Made by a program: the position numbers and the translations under genes. A DNA stretch of 64,000 bases from an uncultured Chitinophagales bacterium (GTDB lineage: Bacteria > Bacteroidota > Bacteroidia > Chitinophagales > JADIYW01): assembly GCA_964490845.1 (NCBI GenBank), contig CAZBED010000002.1, positions 214,827 to 278,826 on the forward strand, read 5' to 3'. Under the pieces are notes generated by a model, which saw nothing but the letters and a program-made list of their open reading frames with translations, did not search any database and was not told the DNA's origin. Below are positions 1-9,200 of this stretch, one piece after another. Each line of letters opens with the position of its first letter. The first letter of the stretch is position 1.

Positions 1-465
1 AAACGTGATATACGGATGATTTAAATCCACCCAGTAGCCCATTCTTTTGGTAAGATCATCCCATATATCTTTGAACTCCATTACGACTTCACGGCATTTT
101 TTGTTGTAGTCTGCCACGGAAATCTTGTTCCCGATATCTTTTTTAGTAATTCCGAGCATATTTTCTACTCGTAATTCCACCGGGAGACCATGTGTATCCC
201 AGCCGCCTTTGCGCTTGACCTGATAGCCCTGTAATGTTTTGAAACGACAAAAAATATCCTTGATACCACGTGCCAAAACGTGGTGGATACCCGGCAAGCC
301 GTTGGCGCTCGGAGGGCCTTCATAGAAAACATAAGGGGTCCTTCCTTCCCGCGTGGAAATGCTCTGCTCAAAAACATGCTGAGATTCCCAGAAGGCAGCT
401 ATTTCCTGTTCAATCTGTGTTTGGGTGATATTCTTTACTTCTCTGTATTGCTTTGCGTTTGACAT
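1..465 (-). CDS. ileS: Isoleucine--tRNA ligase, N-terminal 155 codons (rest lies outside the window)
   Basis: Own minus-strand translation from the ATG at complement 463-465 gives MSNAKQYREVKNITQTQIEQEIAAFWESQHVFEQSISTREGRTPYVFYEGPPSANGLPGIHHVLARGIKDIFCRFKTLQGYQVKRKGGWDTHGLPVE... It has a class-I aaRS HIGH-type signature (PGIHH) and the GWDTHGLPVE block typical of IleS. It is missing from the ORF track because it has no stop inside the window. Track ORFs 165-377(-) and 280-462(+) are out-of-frame shadows. Confidence 0.85.
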   Translation of the reverse strand, partial: MSNAKQYREVKNITQTQIEQEIAAFWESQHVFEQSISTREGRTPYVFYEGPPSANGLPGIHHVLARGIKDIFCRFKTLQGYQVKRKGGWDTHGLPVELRVENMLGITKKDIGNKISVADYNKKCREVVMEFKDIWDDLTKRMGYWVDLNHPYITF

Positions 466-589
466 AACATGCTCCTCTCCAAAAAAATTTGCGCAAAGAT
501 AACAAATGCCCATGAGATTAAAAACAATATTACCACCACTCCAAACGTTCAAAAATGCGTATAATTCGACATATTCCCTTAAAAATTCA

Positions 590-597
590 TAGATTTG
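590..597 (+). promoter_or_regulatory. Bacteroidota -7-like promoter motif TAGATTTG upstream of the PorZ-like gene
   Basis: Matches the TAnnTTTG consensus described for Bacteroidetes primary-sigma promoters and lies 26 nt upstream of the ATG at 623. No clear -33 TTTG was seen. Confidence 0.3.
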
Positions 598-622
598 GGG
601 AAATAAAAGGCAATTCCCGTTT

Positions 623-2962
623 ATGTTTGCAAATTATAGCGTATCAAGGTTTTTATCGGTCAATTTACTTCTTGGTGTTTTCCTGATAACCGGGATTGTG
701 AAATCACAGAATGTTCCCTTGGGTTCATGGGTAGCCCATGTGCCGCTGCAGAGTTCCAATTCCGTTTGTCAGAGCAAAAATTATGTATATGCCGCCTGTC
801 AGAACGGGGTTATCGGCGTGGATATCGGTAATAACCTGATTGAAAGGTACACTAAGGTAAGCGGGTTGTCAGAAGTGTTTGCCGATCAGGTTGGCTACGA
901 TACGGCTACTTCTACACTGGTCGTGAGTTATACCAACTCCAATATCGACCTGGTAAAAAATGGAAAAACCATTAATCTGCCTTATCTGAAAAATGCTACC
1001 ATTACCGGAGATAAGAATATTTACAGAATATACTGTTTCAATGGAAAAGCTTATCTCGCCACCGGATTCGGCATCGTGGAAATAGACTTGGTGAAGCAGG
1101 AAATTGCGGATACTTATACGTTTAATGACGGTTTTACCACAGCAAAAGTAAATGCTGTATGGGCGGATGAGAATGCTATCTTTTGTGCCACATCTAATGG
1201 AGTGGTGATGGGAAAAATAGACCCCGCCATCAACCTGCTGGATTATAATGAGTGGGTGAAATATACGTCCGGGATTCCTGCAACGGAAGCATCTGCCATC
1301 ACTAAATATCAGAACAAGGTGCTGGCGGCGGTAAACAATACCATTTACCAGTTTGACGGAACAACCTGGACCCCTTTTTTTTCAGACCCTTCCTGGGTGA
1401 CAAAGGACTTAAACAATTCTTACGGGCAATTATCCATTGTGCAGCATAAAATTATTTCCGGCAATGTAGCGGATATAAGAATTGGGAAATGGAATGGATC
1501 CGGGTTTAATTTTTATACCAACAATTATTATGTCGCCTATCCCCTTCAAATCATAACGAATGAGGACGGAAGTTTGTGGCATGCCGATTTGTACAGAGGG
1601 TTGGTTCGTCAGGAAGGCGGCAATTTCAATCCTAAAATTCCGAACGGCCCGTATGCAGTTAATAATAAGGAAATGGATTTCTTAAACGGAACGCTATGGG
1701 CATCTTCTTCTGCCATAAGGAATTCATTTAATCCGAATGACCTGCCGGAAAGTAAGTTCTTTTACGCCTGCAGTGATTATACCTGGACCAACTATCTCAA
1801 GTTCAACTTTCCCATCTTAGATACATTTAATCAGATTGCGGTGGTAAAGGCGCTGCCTTCAGAAAATAAAATACTTTTTGGTGCAGCCGGTTATTCCGAT
1901 GGTGGAATTTTAGAATTCTCCCTGACGGATAACTCCTTTAAGGCAATAAAATATGCTCCTAACAGCCCATTTTCTTTTCGTATAACCGGGGCGGATGTGG
2001 ATGTCCAGGGCAATGCCTGGTTTTCCAACGCGTATTCCACTTCGCCGGTTATCTGCCGGAAAAGTGATGGCACTTACCTCTTCTTCAACAGCGGATTTTT
2101 AAATGCGCAGTTAGTCACTGATATATTGGCGGATGATTACAATCAGATTTGGATTGCGAAAGACCATCCCGGTGTCGGCGGACTGGTGGTGCTGAATTAT
2201 GGTGCGGACTTAGATGATAAGTCGGATGACCGCTATTTTAATTTAGCGCTTGGCCGGGGGTTGGGTAATCTTCCTTCCAACCATGTAGTGTGTATGGCAA
2301 AAGATAAAGACGGCGTAATCTGGCTGGGCACCACTGCCGGAATTGCCGTGGTGTCCTGTGCGGGATATGTAACCGACTACGCCTGCGAAGCGGAGCAGAT
2401 TTGTATAGACCGAAAAGACAGCAGCGGATTTTGTGACAATTTACTGGAAGATGAGGTGGTCAACTGTATTACCGTTGATGAGGCTAACCGCAAGTGGATA
2501 GGCACTGCTAATGGCTTGTTTCTGGTGAGTGCAGACGGGCAGGAAACCATTCATTATTTCAATGAAACCAACTCACCGCTGCTGGGTAATGATATCCGTT
2601 CGGTTGCCATACACCCGGAAACGGGAGATGTATTTATCGGAACGTCTAAGGGAATCTGTTCTTACCGGGCGGATGCTACCGTGACGACCGATGAGACGCC
2701 TGCACCGTTTGTTTATCCCAATCCGGTTCGTGAGGATTATGACGGGCTGATAGCCATTAAGGGTATTCCGAATAACAGCAATGTCAAGATTGTGGATGTG
2801 AGCGGCAACTTAGTGTTTGAAACCACGGCAACAGGCGGGCAGGCTACCTGGGATGGCAAATTGATTAACGGACAGCGGGCAGCTACAGGGGTGTACTTTG
2901 CCCTTTGCTCCGGCAGCGGCAAAGGCCAGAAAGCCAGCCTGAAGTTTGTGCTGGTGCATTGA
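623..2962 (+). CDS. PorZ-like T9SS beta-propeller protein with C-terminal sorting domain
   Basis: 779 aa with an N-terminal hydrophobic signal-like segment (LLLGVFLITGIVKSQ). Repeated propeller motifs of the two-component-regulator propeller type are present (VIWLGTTAGIAVV, WIGTANGLFLV, VFIGTSKGICSY). The last ~80 aa (YPNPVREDYDGLIAIKG...VKIVDVSGNLV...GVYFAL...KFVLVH) look like a T9SS CTD. Size and layout resemble Porphyromonas PorZ (two propellers plus CTD). Confidence 0.55.
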   Translation: MFANYSVSRFLSVNLLLGVFLITGIVKSQNVPLGSWVAHVPLQSSNSVCQSKNYVYAACQNGVIGVDIGNNLIERYTKVSGLSEVFADQVGYDTATSTLVVSYTNSNIDLVKNGKTINLPYLKNATITGDKNIYRIYCFNGKAYLATGFGIVEIDLVKQEIADTYTFNDGFTTAKVNAVWADENAIFCATSNGVVMGKIDPAINLLDYNEWVKYTSGIPATEASAITKYQNKVLAAVNNTIYQFDGTTWTPFFSDPSWVTKDLNNSYGQLSIVQHKIISGNVADIRIGKWNGSGFNFYTNNYYVAYPLQIITNEDGSLWHADLYRGLVRQEGGNFNPKIPNGPYAVNNKEMDFLNGTLWASSSAIRNSFNPNDLPESKFFYACSDYTWTNYLKFNFPILDTFNQIAVVKALPSENKILFGAAGYSDGGILEFSLTDNSFKAIKYAPNSPFSFRITGADVDVQGNAWFSNAYSTSPVICRKSDGTYLFFNSGFLNAQLVTDILADDYNQIWIAKDHPGVGGLVVLNYGADLDDKSDDRYFNLALGRGLGNLPSNHVVCMAKDKDGVIWLGTTAGIAVVSCAGYVTDYACEAEQICIDRKDSSGFCDNLLEDEVVNCITVDEANRKWIGTANGLFLVSADGQETIHYFNETNSPLLGNDIRSVAIHPETGDVFIGTSKGICSYRADATVTTDETPAPFVYPNPVREDYDGLIAIKGIPNNSNVKIVDVSGNLVFETTATGGQATWDGKLINGQRAATGVYFALCSGSGKGQKASLKFVLVH

Positions 2963-2996
2963 GATCTTTTCTTCACTTAAGGGTAAGATATAAAAA

Positions 2997-3063
2997 GTCA
3001 TTCCCTTGTAAAAGGGAATCTCTTTTTTGCTTACTCTGAGATTCCCACTTTCGTGGGAATGAC
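2997..3063. repeat. Two adjacent hairpins sharing the same ATTCCC/GGGAAT stem (REP-like element)
   Basis: Hairpin 1 pairs ATTCCC (3000-3005) with GGGAAT (3014-3019). Hairpin 2 pairs ATTCCCA (3041-3047) with TGGGAAT (3054-3060). The outer GTCATTCCC (2997-3005) is also complementary to GGGAATGAC (3055-3063). Confidence 0.6.
3000..3028 (+). terminator. Rho-independent terminator of the PorZ-like gene
   Basis: Hairpin 3000-3019 is followed by CTCTTTTTT (3020-3028), 38 nt after the stop at 2962. Confidence 0.55.
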
Positions 3064-3126
3064 ACTATCTACTTCACTATTTTTGTATGCAAATCTGTAG
3101 GATTTCTGCCGGTGCATTAGAAGATA

Positions 3127-3558
3127 TCAAAAAAAAGGTTCTATTCCGCTCACCAATCCATCCTGGGGTTCATCAATATAAACGCGGCTGTAGGCTTTCA
3201 CGTCGATATTTTTGTCGATTATCCTGAAGTCTGCACATTCACACAAATCCTGCACATTTCCATTTGTCACCTCCAGGATGATATCCATTCTGTGTTTGGA
3301 ACGATTGCCGATAAAGGAATAGCCGTTCTTGCAACTATTCGTGCATAACTCACTGTCGCAAAAGCCCGTATAGCCGATGAGTCGGTCGTTTTTATTATGT
3401 TTGAAAATATCGATGGCATTCGTGAGTTTTTCTATGAAAACCTCCTTCGGCATATTCTGATACGTTTTGTCCTTATCCAAAATAAGGTCAATCATGTCCA
3501 CATCCATTTCCTGAATGTAATAGATGACGGCTTCGGCCTGTGTGGTGGGTGGAGTCAT
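3127..3558 (-). CDS. Hypothetical Cys-rich protein (143 aa), no family recognised
   Basis: Clean ORF with an ATG start. Cysteines are clustered (FCDSELCTNSC ... LCEC). I found no recognisable motifs. It is flanked by hairpin/REP-like elements. Confidence 0.45.
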   Translation of the reverse strand: MTPPTTQAEAVIYYIQEMDVDMIDLILDKDKTYQNMPKEVFIEKLTNAIDIFKHNKNDRLIGYTGFCDSELCTNSCKNGYSFIGNRSKHRMDIILEVTNGNVQDLCECADFRIIDKNIDVKAYSRVYIDEPQDGLVSGIEPFF

Positions 3559-3814
3559 GAATTGGACTAATATAGTAAAGATTATCTTTTTTTTTGCTTA
3601 GTATCGGGTGTAAACATTTCGTTTTGAAATACGCCTGTTATAACTAAGTTTGCTGCTAAACAAGATAATATTGCTCGCTCGTGCCTCGCTAGAAATGACA
3701 GCATACAGGAGGAAGAAGTGTGCGTTTCCGACATATTCCTGTCTGAATGAGGTACCTACAAATACATGTGTTTATTTTATTTATCTAGCAATGACGAGAA
3801 AGAACTTTTAATCA

Positions 3815-3843
3815 ATAAAAAAGGCTTCCAAATACGGAAGCCT
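3815..3843 (-). terminator. Rho-independent terminator of the DUF3127-like gene
   Basis: Stem AGGCTTCC (3822-3829) pairs with GGAAGCCT (3836-3843) around the loop AAATAC. On the minus strand it is followed by a T-run (complement of the A-run 3817-3821). It lies 16 nt after the stop at 3859. Confidence 0.7.
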
Positions 3844-3858
3844 CAGGTAAAAATTTTC

Positions 3859-4221
3859 TTAAAACGGCAAATCGTCCTCAATCTGCTCATTAGGAATATC
3901 AGATTCTGTATAGGCCGGTGGCGCTGTATTTTCTCTGCGAGATGCCGCAGCCTGTTCCGATTTATTCACTCTCCAGGCTTTTACATCCGTATACCATTTT
4001 CCGTTGTATTCGCGGCTTTCCACATCCGCCTCTACTGATATATCGTTTCCTTCCTGAAAGGAATTATCATTCACCAAATCCGTCCAGAAAACGACACAAA
4101 CTTTTTTAGGGTATTTACCATTATCCGTTTCTATAACAACTTCCTGTTTTTTCCAAACTCCGTTTTTTCCTTCTCCCGTTTGTACCGGGTTCACTTTATA
4201 AATTTTTCCTTTCAATTCCAT
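3859..4221 (-). CDS. DUF3127-like small protein with SSB-type acidic C-terminal tip
   Basis: 120 aa. MELKGKIYKVNPVQTGEGKNGVWKKQEVVIETDNGKYPKKVCVVFW matches my memory of the DUF3127 consensus (G.I..V...Q.G.GKNG.W.KQE.....D..YPKK.C...W). The protein ends in EQIEDDLPF. Confidence 0.6.
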   Translation of the reverse strand: MELKGKIYKVNPVQTGEGKNGVWKKQEVVIETDNGKYPKKVCVVFWTDLVNDNSFQEGNDISVEADVESREYNGKWYTDVKAWRVNKSEQAAASRRENTAPPAYTESDIPNEQIEDDLPF

Positions 4222-4377
4222 GACTTACTATTTTTTTACAAATATAGCAATAAAAAGAGTTTTGCTTTTTCATCTGAAATTGAAATTAATAACACCTCTC
4301 TTAATTTATTAATAACACGGACTGGGAATGTTGGCGCATCATTTGATGTTTATAGCTTTAAAACGTATTTTTATACT

Positions 4378-5031
4378 ATGGATACCACAATTATGCATTT
4401 CGTTTCTAAAGATGCCTTGCATTTTTTCAGCGACAATAAAGTATTACTGAGTCTGGTAATGGGCCTGGGATTGAGTGCCAGTTGCGGGTTCCGGGTGTTT
4501 GTTCCGCTGCTGATCGCCAGCATAGCGTCTAGAATGGGAATACTGCATCTGGGCGATGGCTTTCAATGGATGGGCAGTACGCCTGCTATTATTTGTTTCG
4601 GAGCCGCTACAGTCTTTGAAATTGCGGGATACTATATTCCTTTTGTAGATAATATTTTGGATACCATCACTACCCCCGCTTCGGTGGTGGCCGGAACCTT
4701 ATTAACAGCATCCGCCATTCTTCCGGACATTGACCCGATGCTGAAATGGGGGCTCGCCATTATTGTCGGAGGTGGTAGTGCAGGAATCATACAGGCAGGA
4801 ACGGCCATGACACGTGCCACTTCTACCGTCACCACGGCAGGAGCCGCGAATCCGGTGGTAGCAACCATAGAACATATTTTGGCTATATCAGGCAGCCTGT
4901 TAAGCCTGATTATTCCATTCATTATCGCTACCGTTATCTGTATCCTTATCGTCATATTCTTGTTTTTCGTTATCCGTTATTTCAAGCGGCATATCCCGAA
5001 AACCGAAACATTGCCTCCGCCAAGACAATAA
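4378..5031 (+). CDS. DUF4126-family integral membrane protein
   Basis: MDTTIMHF...GLGLSASCGFRVFVPLL...EIAGYYIPFVDNILDTITTPASVVAGT...IIVGGGSAGIIQ matches the DUF4126 consensus as I recall it. It has multiple TM helices. I chose the start at ATG 4378. The track ORF starting at 4180 overlaps the divergent gene 3859-4221 and is AT-rich leader. Confidence 0.6.
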   Translation: MDTTIMHFVSKDALHFFSDNKVLLSLVMGLGLSASCGFRVFVPLLIASIASRMGILHLGDGFQWMGSTPAIICFGAATVFEIAGYYIPFVDNILDTITTPASVVAGTLLTASAILPDIDPMLKWGLAIIVGGGSAGIIQAGTAMTRATSTVTTAGAANPVVATIEHILAISGSLLSLIIPFIIATVICILIVIFLFFVIRYFKRHIPKTETLPPPRQ

Positions 5032-5131
5032 ATTAATGGCCAACCTGTATACGGATAATTGCGTCGTCCGGTTTTTTGTTTGAAGAAACTTCAAATGTCT
5101 TGTATCTTGTACCTTGATTCCCGGCTCAAAA

Positions 5132-6166
5132 ATGAACGCCACTACACGAAACACCCTTAACTTTTTATCGAAGCTGACTATTCGAAGGGTATGGAATATG
5201 GGTTTGATATACAGTTCATTTCACCTCACCAAATACCTGAAGAAACCCATTCAACTGGGAAAGCCTTTTTCCATTTCCTTTGAACCCACCACATCCTGCA
5301 ATCTGCGTTGTCCGGAATGCCCGAGCGGACTGCGTTCCTTCACACGGCCTATCGGTATGCTGGAGCAGGATTTCTTTCAGAAAACAATAGATGAGATTTC
5401 AAAAGACTTAATCTACCTCACTTTTTACTTTCAGGGCGAGCCATACCTGCACAAGAATTTTCTGGAAATGGTATCCTATGCGCGAGGGAAAAAAATATAC
5501 ACCGCCACTTCCACCAATGCGCATTACCTGACAGAAACAATGGCAAAAAAGACCATTGAAAGCGGACTGGACAGACTGATTATTTCCATTGACGGCACTA
5601 CTCAGGAAACCTATCAGAGCTACAGGGTGGGCGGTCAATTAGACAAAGTGATGGAAGGCGCAAAAAACATCGTGAAATGGAAAAAACAGCTACGGGCCAA
5701 TACACCCTATATCATCTTCCAGTTTTTGGTGGTAAAACCCAATGAACATCAAATTGATGAATTGAAAGTCCTGGCCAGAGAAATCGGTGTGGATGAAGTC
5801 ATCCTGAAAACGGCACAGGTATATGATTATAAAAACGGCAATGAGCTGATTCCTGAAAACGAACAGTATTCACGCTATAAAAAAAACAGCGATGGCACGT
5901 ACTCCATTAAGAATAATCTGGAAAACTCTTGCTGGAAATTGTGGCACAGTTGTGTCATTACCTGGGATGGAAAGGTGGTGCCCTGCTGTTTTGATAAAGA
6001 CGCGCAACATCAGTTAGGCAATCTGCAAACACATACGTTCGACCAAATCTGGAATAATGATTTGTATAAAGATTTCCGGGCAAAACTGGTGAAAGGCCGC
6101 AAAGAAATTGACATCTGCACCAACTGCAGCGAAGGCTGTGAGGTGAATTTCAATTATGAGGTCTGA
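5132..6166 (+). CDS. Radical SAM enzyme with C-terminal SPASM/twitch-like cysteine cluster
   Basis: CNLRCPEC is the CxxxCxxC radical-SAM cluster motif, and a GGEP-like FQGEPYL segment follows. The C-terminus has CWKLWHSC..WDGKVVPCC...CTNCSEGC. ATG 5132 is preferred over the TTG at 5114 used by the track. Confidence 0.75.
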   Translation: MNATTRNTLNFLSKLTIRRVWNMGLIYSSFHLTKYLKKPIQLGKPFSISFEPTTSCNLRCPECPSGLRSFTRPIGMLEQDFFQKTIDEISKDLIYLTFYFQGEPYLHKNFLEMVSYARGKKIYTATSTNAHYLTETMAKKTIESGLDRLIISIDGTTQETYQSYRVGGQLDKVMEGAKNIVKWKKQLRANTPYIIFQFLVVKPNEHQIDELKVLAREIGVDEVILKTAQVYDYKNGNELIPENEQYSRYKKNSDGTYSIKNNLENSCWKLWHSCVITWDGKVVPCCFDKDAQHQLGNLQTHTFDQIWNNDLYKDFRAKLVKGRKEIDICTNCSEGCEVNFNYEV

Positions 6167-6245
6167 TATTTTCACGAGAAGGCGTAAAGAGCGCAACGTT
6201 TTTTATTCCTAAATATAGAATCTCTGCGTGGCAGATTTATTTTAC

Positions 6246-6277
6246 AAAAAAACGGGATGCGAATGCATCCCGTTTTT
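6246..6277. terminator. Bidirectional rho-independent terminator between convergent genes
   Basis: Stem ACGGGATGC (6252-6260) pairs with GCATCCCGT (6265-6273) around the loop GAAT. An A-run lies on the left and a T-run on the right. It sits between the stops at 6166 (+) and 6297 (-). Confidence 0.8.
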
Positions 6278-6296
6278 AGTTATATCATTCATAATT

Positions 6297-9200
6297 TTAT
6301 TTCAGCATAACTTTTGCTGCTTTAGTCGAGTTGCCGTCATTAAAGGTGATGAGGTACATGCCAGCCGCATTGCCTGAAATATCAAGAACAAACTCTTTCG
6401 TATTTGGAGCAATCGTTGCAGTCTTTACTTCCGCGCCCAACATATTATATACTGCCACTTTCACATTGGTCATCCACGGTGCATCTGTACGAATTAATAA
6501 TTTGCCATCGGTTGGATTAGGATACAACATAATATTCTTGCTGATATCTTTCTGCTGGATGGAAGTGGACTGACATTGTGTAAGGACAGTCACTGTATGT
6601 GTGCTGTGTGTCATTTCCAGTGGCCCTTGTACCGGGAATTCAACTACAGAATCTCTTTGTTCAGCCAGGCTCGGCCCGGCAACAGTTGGATTGTAATCAG
6701 ATACTCTTATGGAAACAGCTGCCGAGAAATCACAGAAATCTCCGTTTGCATCCGAGTGTGCCACGAAGAAGTCGCTCGGAGACGAACCAAATGAACCATA
6801 TCCTGTGATAAGGCTGCTGCCATCCTGTAAGATAGCTGACCCCTGCAGGAACTCACTGCCTGTAGTTCCCCAGCTCTTCGCCCATATTATACTGCCATCC
6901 GCAGAATTAACTTTGAATAAGAGGCCTTGTTCTCCATTGCCAAACGCATTGGATTGTCCGGCAACTACCAGATTACCATCTGTCTGATCTACATTTAATC
7001 CATTAACGGCCGTTGTTGAATCACCACCATATACTTTAGACCAGGCTATGCTCAGGTTTTCCGGATTTAAGGCAGTGATGTAGATATTATTTCTGTTGGG
7101 GCCGCTGGTATTTCCCGTAATACCGGAGAAAATCAGCTTGTCGTTTGTGTATGTTACAAATCGTCCGTCATCATCGCCACCGGAGCCAATCAACAACTGA
7201 CCCTGTACAACACCGGAAGGATCAACAGCGACAAAATAACCATCCCGCATTCCGGCGGTTCCGGCATCAGAACTGCCACATACAAAATATCCCAGTCCCG
7301 GAATTTCAACAGCCCTCAGAGCCGCATCATTGCCAAATGGTGTTCCAAAAGTTTTCATCCACTGAGGCCCGCCTTGTCCGCTGAATTTTACAGCAAACAT
7401 ATTATTATGGTTGTTATCGCCATTTGCTTGTGTCTGACCTACAATCAGAAAACCAGAATCACTGGTGGCAATGACATCATTGGCATATTCCACTAAACTG
7501 TCAAATCCTAAGACGATACTACCCATATATGTTCCAGCCGTATCAATCAACGAAACGCTGATATCACTCTTCCCTGATGTAGAATAGCTGTTGGTGGTTC
7601 CTGCAACAAATACACCGTCATTTGTTTTACTAACCGTTAGCGCTCTTCCAATCTCCAGTGCTGAACCGCCAAACTGTACCTGCCATAACGGATTGCCAAC
7701 GGTATCCACTTTCACCAGGAATTGATCATAACTTCCCGCACCCGTAAGGCTTGTACTGCCACATACATAGGCAGAAAAATCACCTAACGCGATATTGTTA
7801 CCATAATCATCTGCGCCTAAATCATATGCTTTAAAACTTGTTGGAAGATGCTGTCCGGAAGTAGACAGGAAATTAGCAACCAGGGATCTGTTAGATGCCG
7901 CGGTGAACGTATAGCTGGAGTTGGTGCTCACCTCTGACCCGTTTTCTGTCCAGTTCACAAAACTATATCCGCTGTTAGCCGTTGCCGATACTGTCACGCT
8001 GCTGCCGCTTGTTACTGTTCCTCCACCGGAAGTTGTACCGCCGGCCGGAGGATTAGAGGAAGTATTGATGTTATAAGTAATAGCATTAAAATTCGCTACC
8101 AGTGTCCTGTCAGAAGCAATGGAGAAGGTATAGCTTGTGTTGTTACTCACTTCTGAACCGTTTTCTGTCCAGTTCACAAAAGTATAATCACTATTAACAG
8201 TAGCCGTTACCGTTACGCTGGTGCCGTTAGAATATGTGCCGCCTCCGGAGGTAGTGCCGCCCGCAAGCGGATTAGAAGAGGTAGACACAGTATATGTAGC
8301 TATAAAATTAGCCACCAGGTTTTTGTTGGAAGAAATCGTAAAGGTATAACTTGAATTAGTGCTTACTTCAGTCCCGTTATCTGTCCAATTCACAAAAGTA
8401 AATCCGCTGTTGGCCGTTGCTGTTACTGTTACACTGCTGCCGGTTGAATAAGTTCCACCTCCGGAAGTTGTACCTGCTCCGATAGGGTTGGAGGAAGTAG
8501 ACACTGTATACTCACTTGCACTTGTACTGCACTCTGTAAGTACCGTGACTGTATGTGTGCTGTGTGTCATTTCCAATGGTCCCTGAACAGGGAATTCAAC
8601 AACTGAATCTCTTTGTGCGACAAGACTTGGGCCGGCAACGGTAGGAAAATAATCCGAAGCCCTCATCGTGGTGTTAGCTGAAAAATTACAAAAATCTCCG
8701 TTGGCATCAGAGTGAGCAATATAGAAATCGCTTGGTGACGAACCAAATGAACCAAATCCTGCAATGAGGTTAGTGCCGTCATCCAGCATTTCAGAACCCT
8801 GTAAAAATTGATCACCGGAAGCACCCCATGTCTTTGCCCACACTACACTTCCATCTGTCGGGTTAACCTTAAACAAGAGACCTTGTTCGCCATTGCCAAA
8901 CCTGTTGGATTGTCCTCCAACCACCAGATTACCATCCATCGGGTCGGTATGTAAACCATTTATCGCGGTAGCGGAATCACCGCCATATACTTTTGACCAT
9001 GCTATGCTCAGGTCTTCAGGATTCAATGCAGTGATGTAAATATTGCTTCTGTTCGGGCCGCTGGTGCTACCGGTAATACCGGCAAAGATAAGTTTATTGT
9101 CCGCAAACGTTACAAATCGTCCGTCATCATCACCGGCGGTACCGATGAGCAACTGTCCCTGTAACACACCGTCAGGAGCTACAGCTACAAAATAACCATC

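Noticed and set aside
165-462. Track ORFs 165-377(-) and 280-462(+) at the window start
   Set aside because: Both lie inside the ileS N-terminal coding region, in other frames or on the other strand. The ileS frame gives a textbook synthetase sequence, so these are shadow ORFs.
3766-4109. Plus-strand ORFs 3766-4038 and 3918-4109
   Set aside because: They are antisense to the DUF3127-like gene, which has a recognisable family signature and its own terminator. Their translations are low-complexity and hydrophobic, with no motifs.
4180-4377. N-terminal extension of the DUF4126 ORF back to 4180
   Set aside because: It would overlap the divergent gene 3859-4221 and runs through AT-rich leader sequence. 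The family-like sequence starts after ATG 4378.
5032-6296. Search for a RiPP precursor peptide next to the radical SAM/SPASM gene
   Set aside because: I found no short ORF with a start codon and plausible leader/core layout in the 5' spacer (5032-5131) or the 3' spacer (6167-6296). The 3' spacer is occupied by a bidirectional terminator. A RiPP cluster cannot be claimed.
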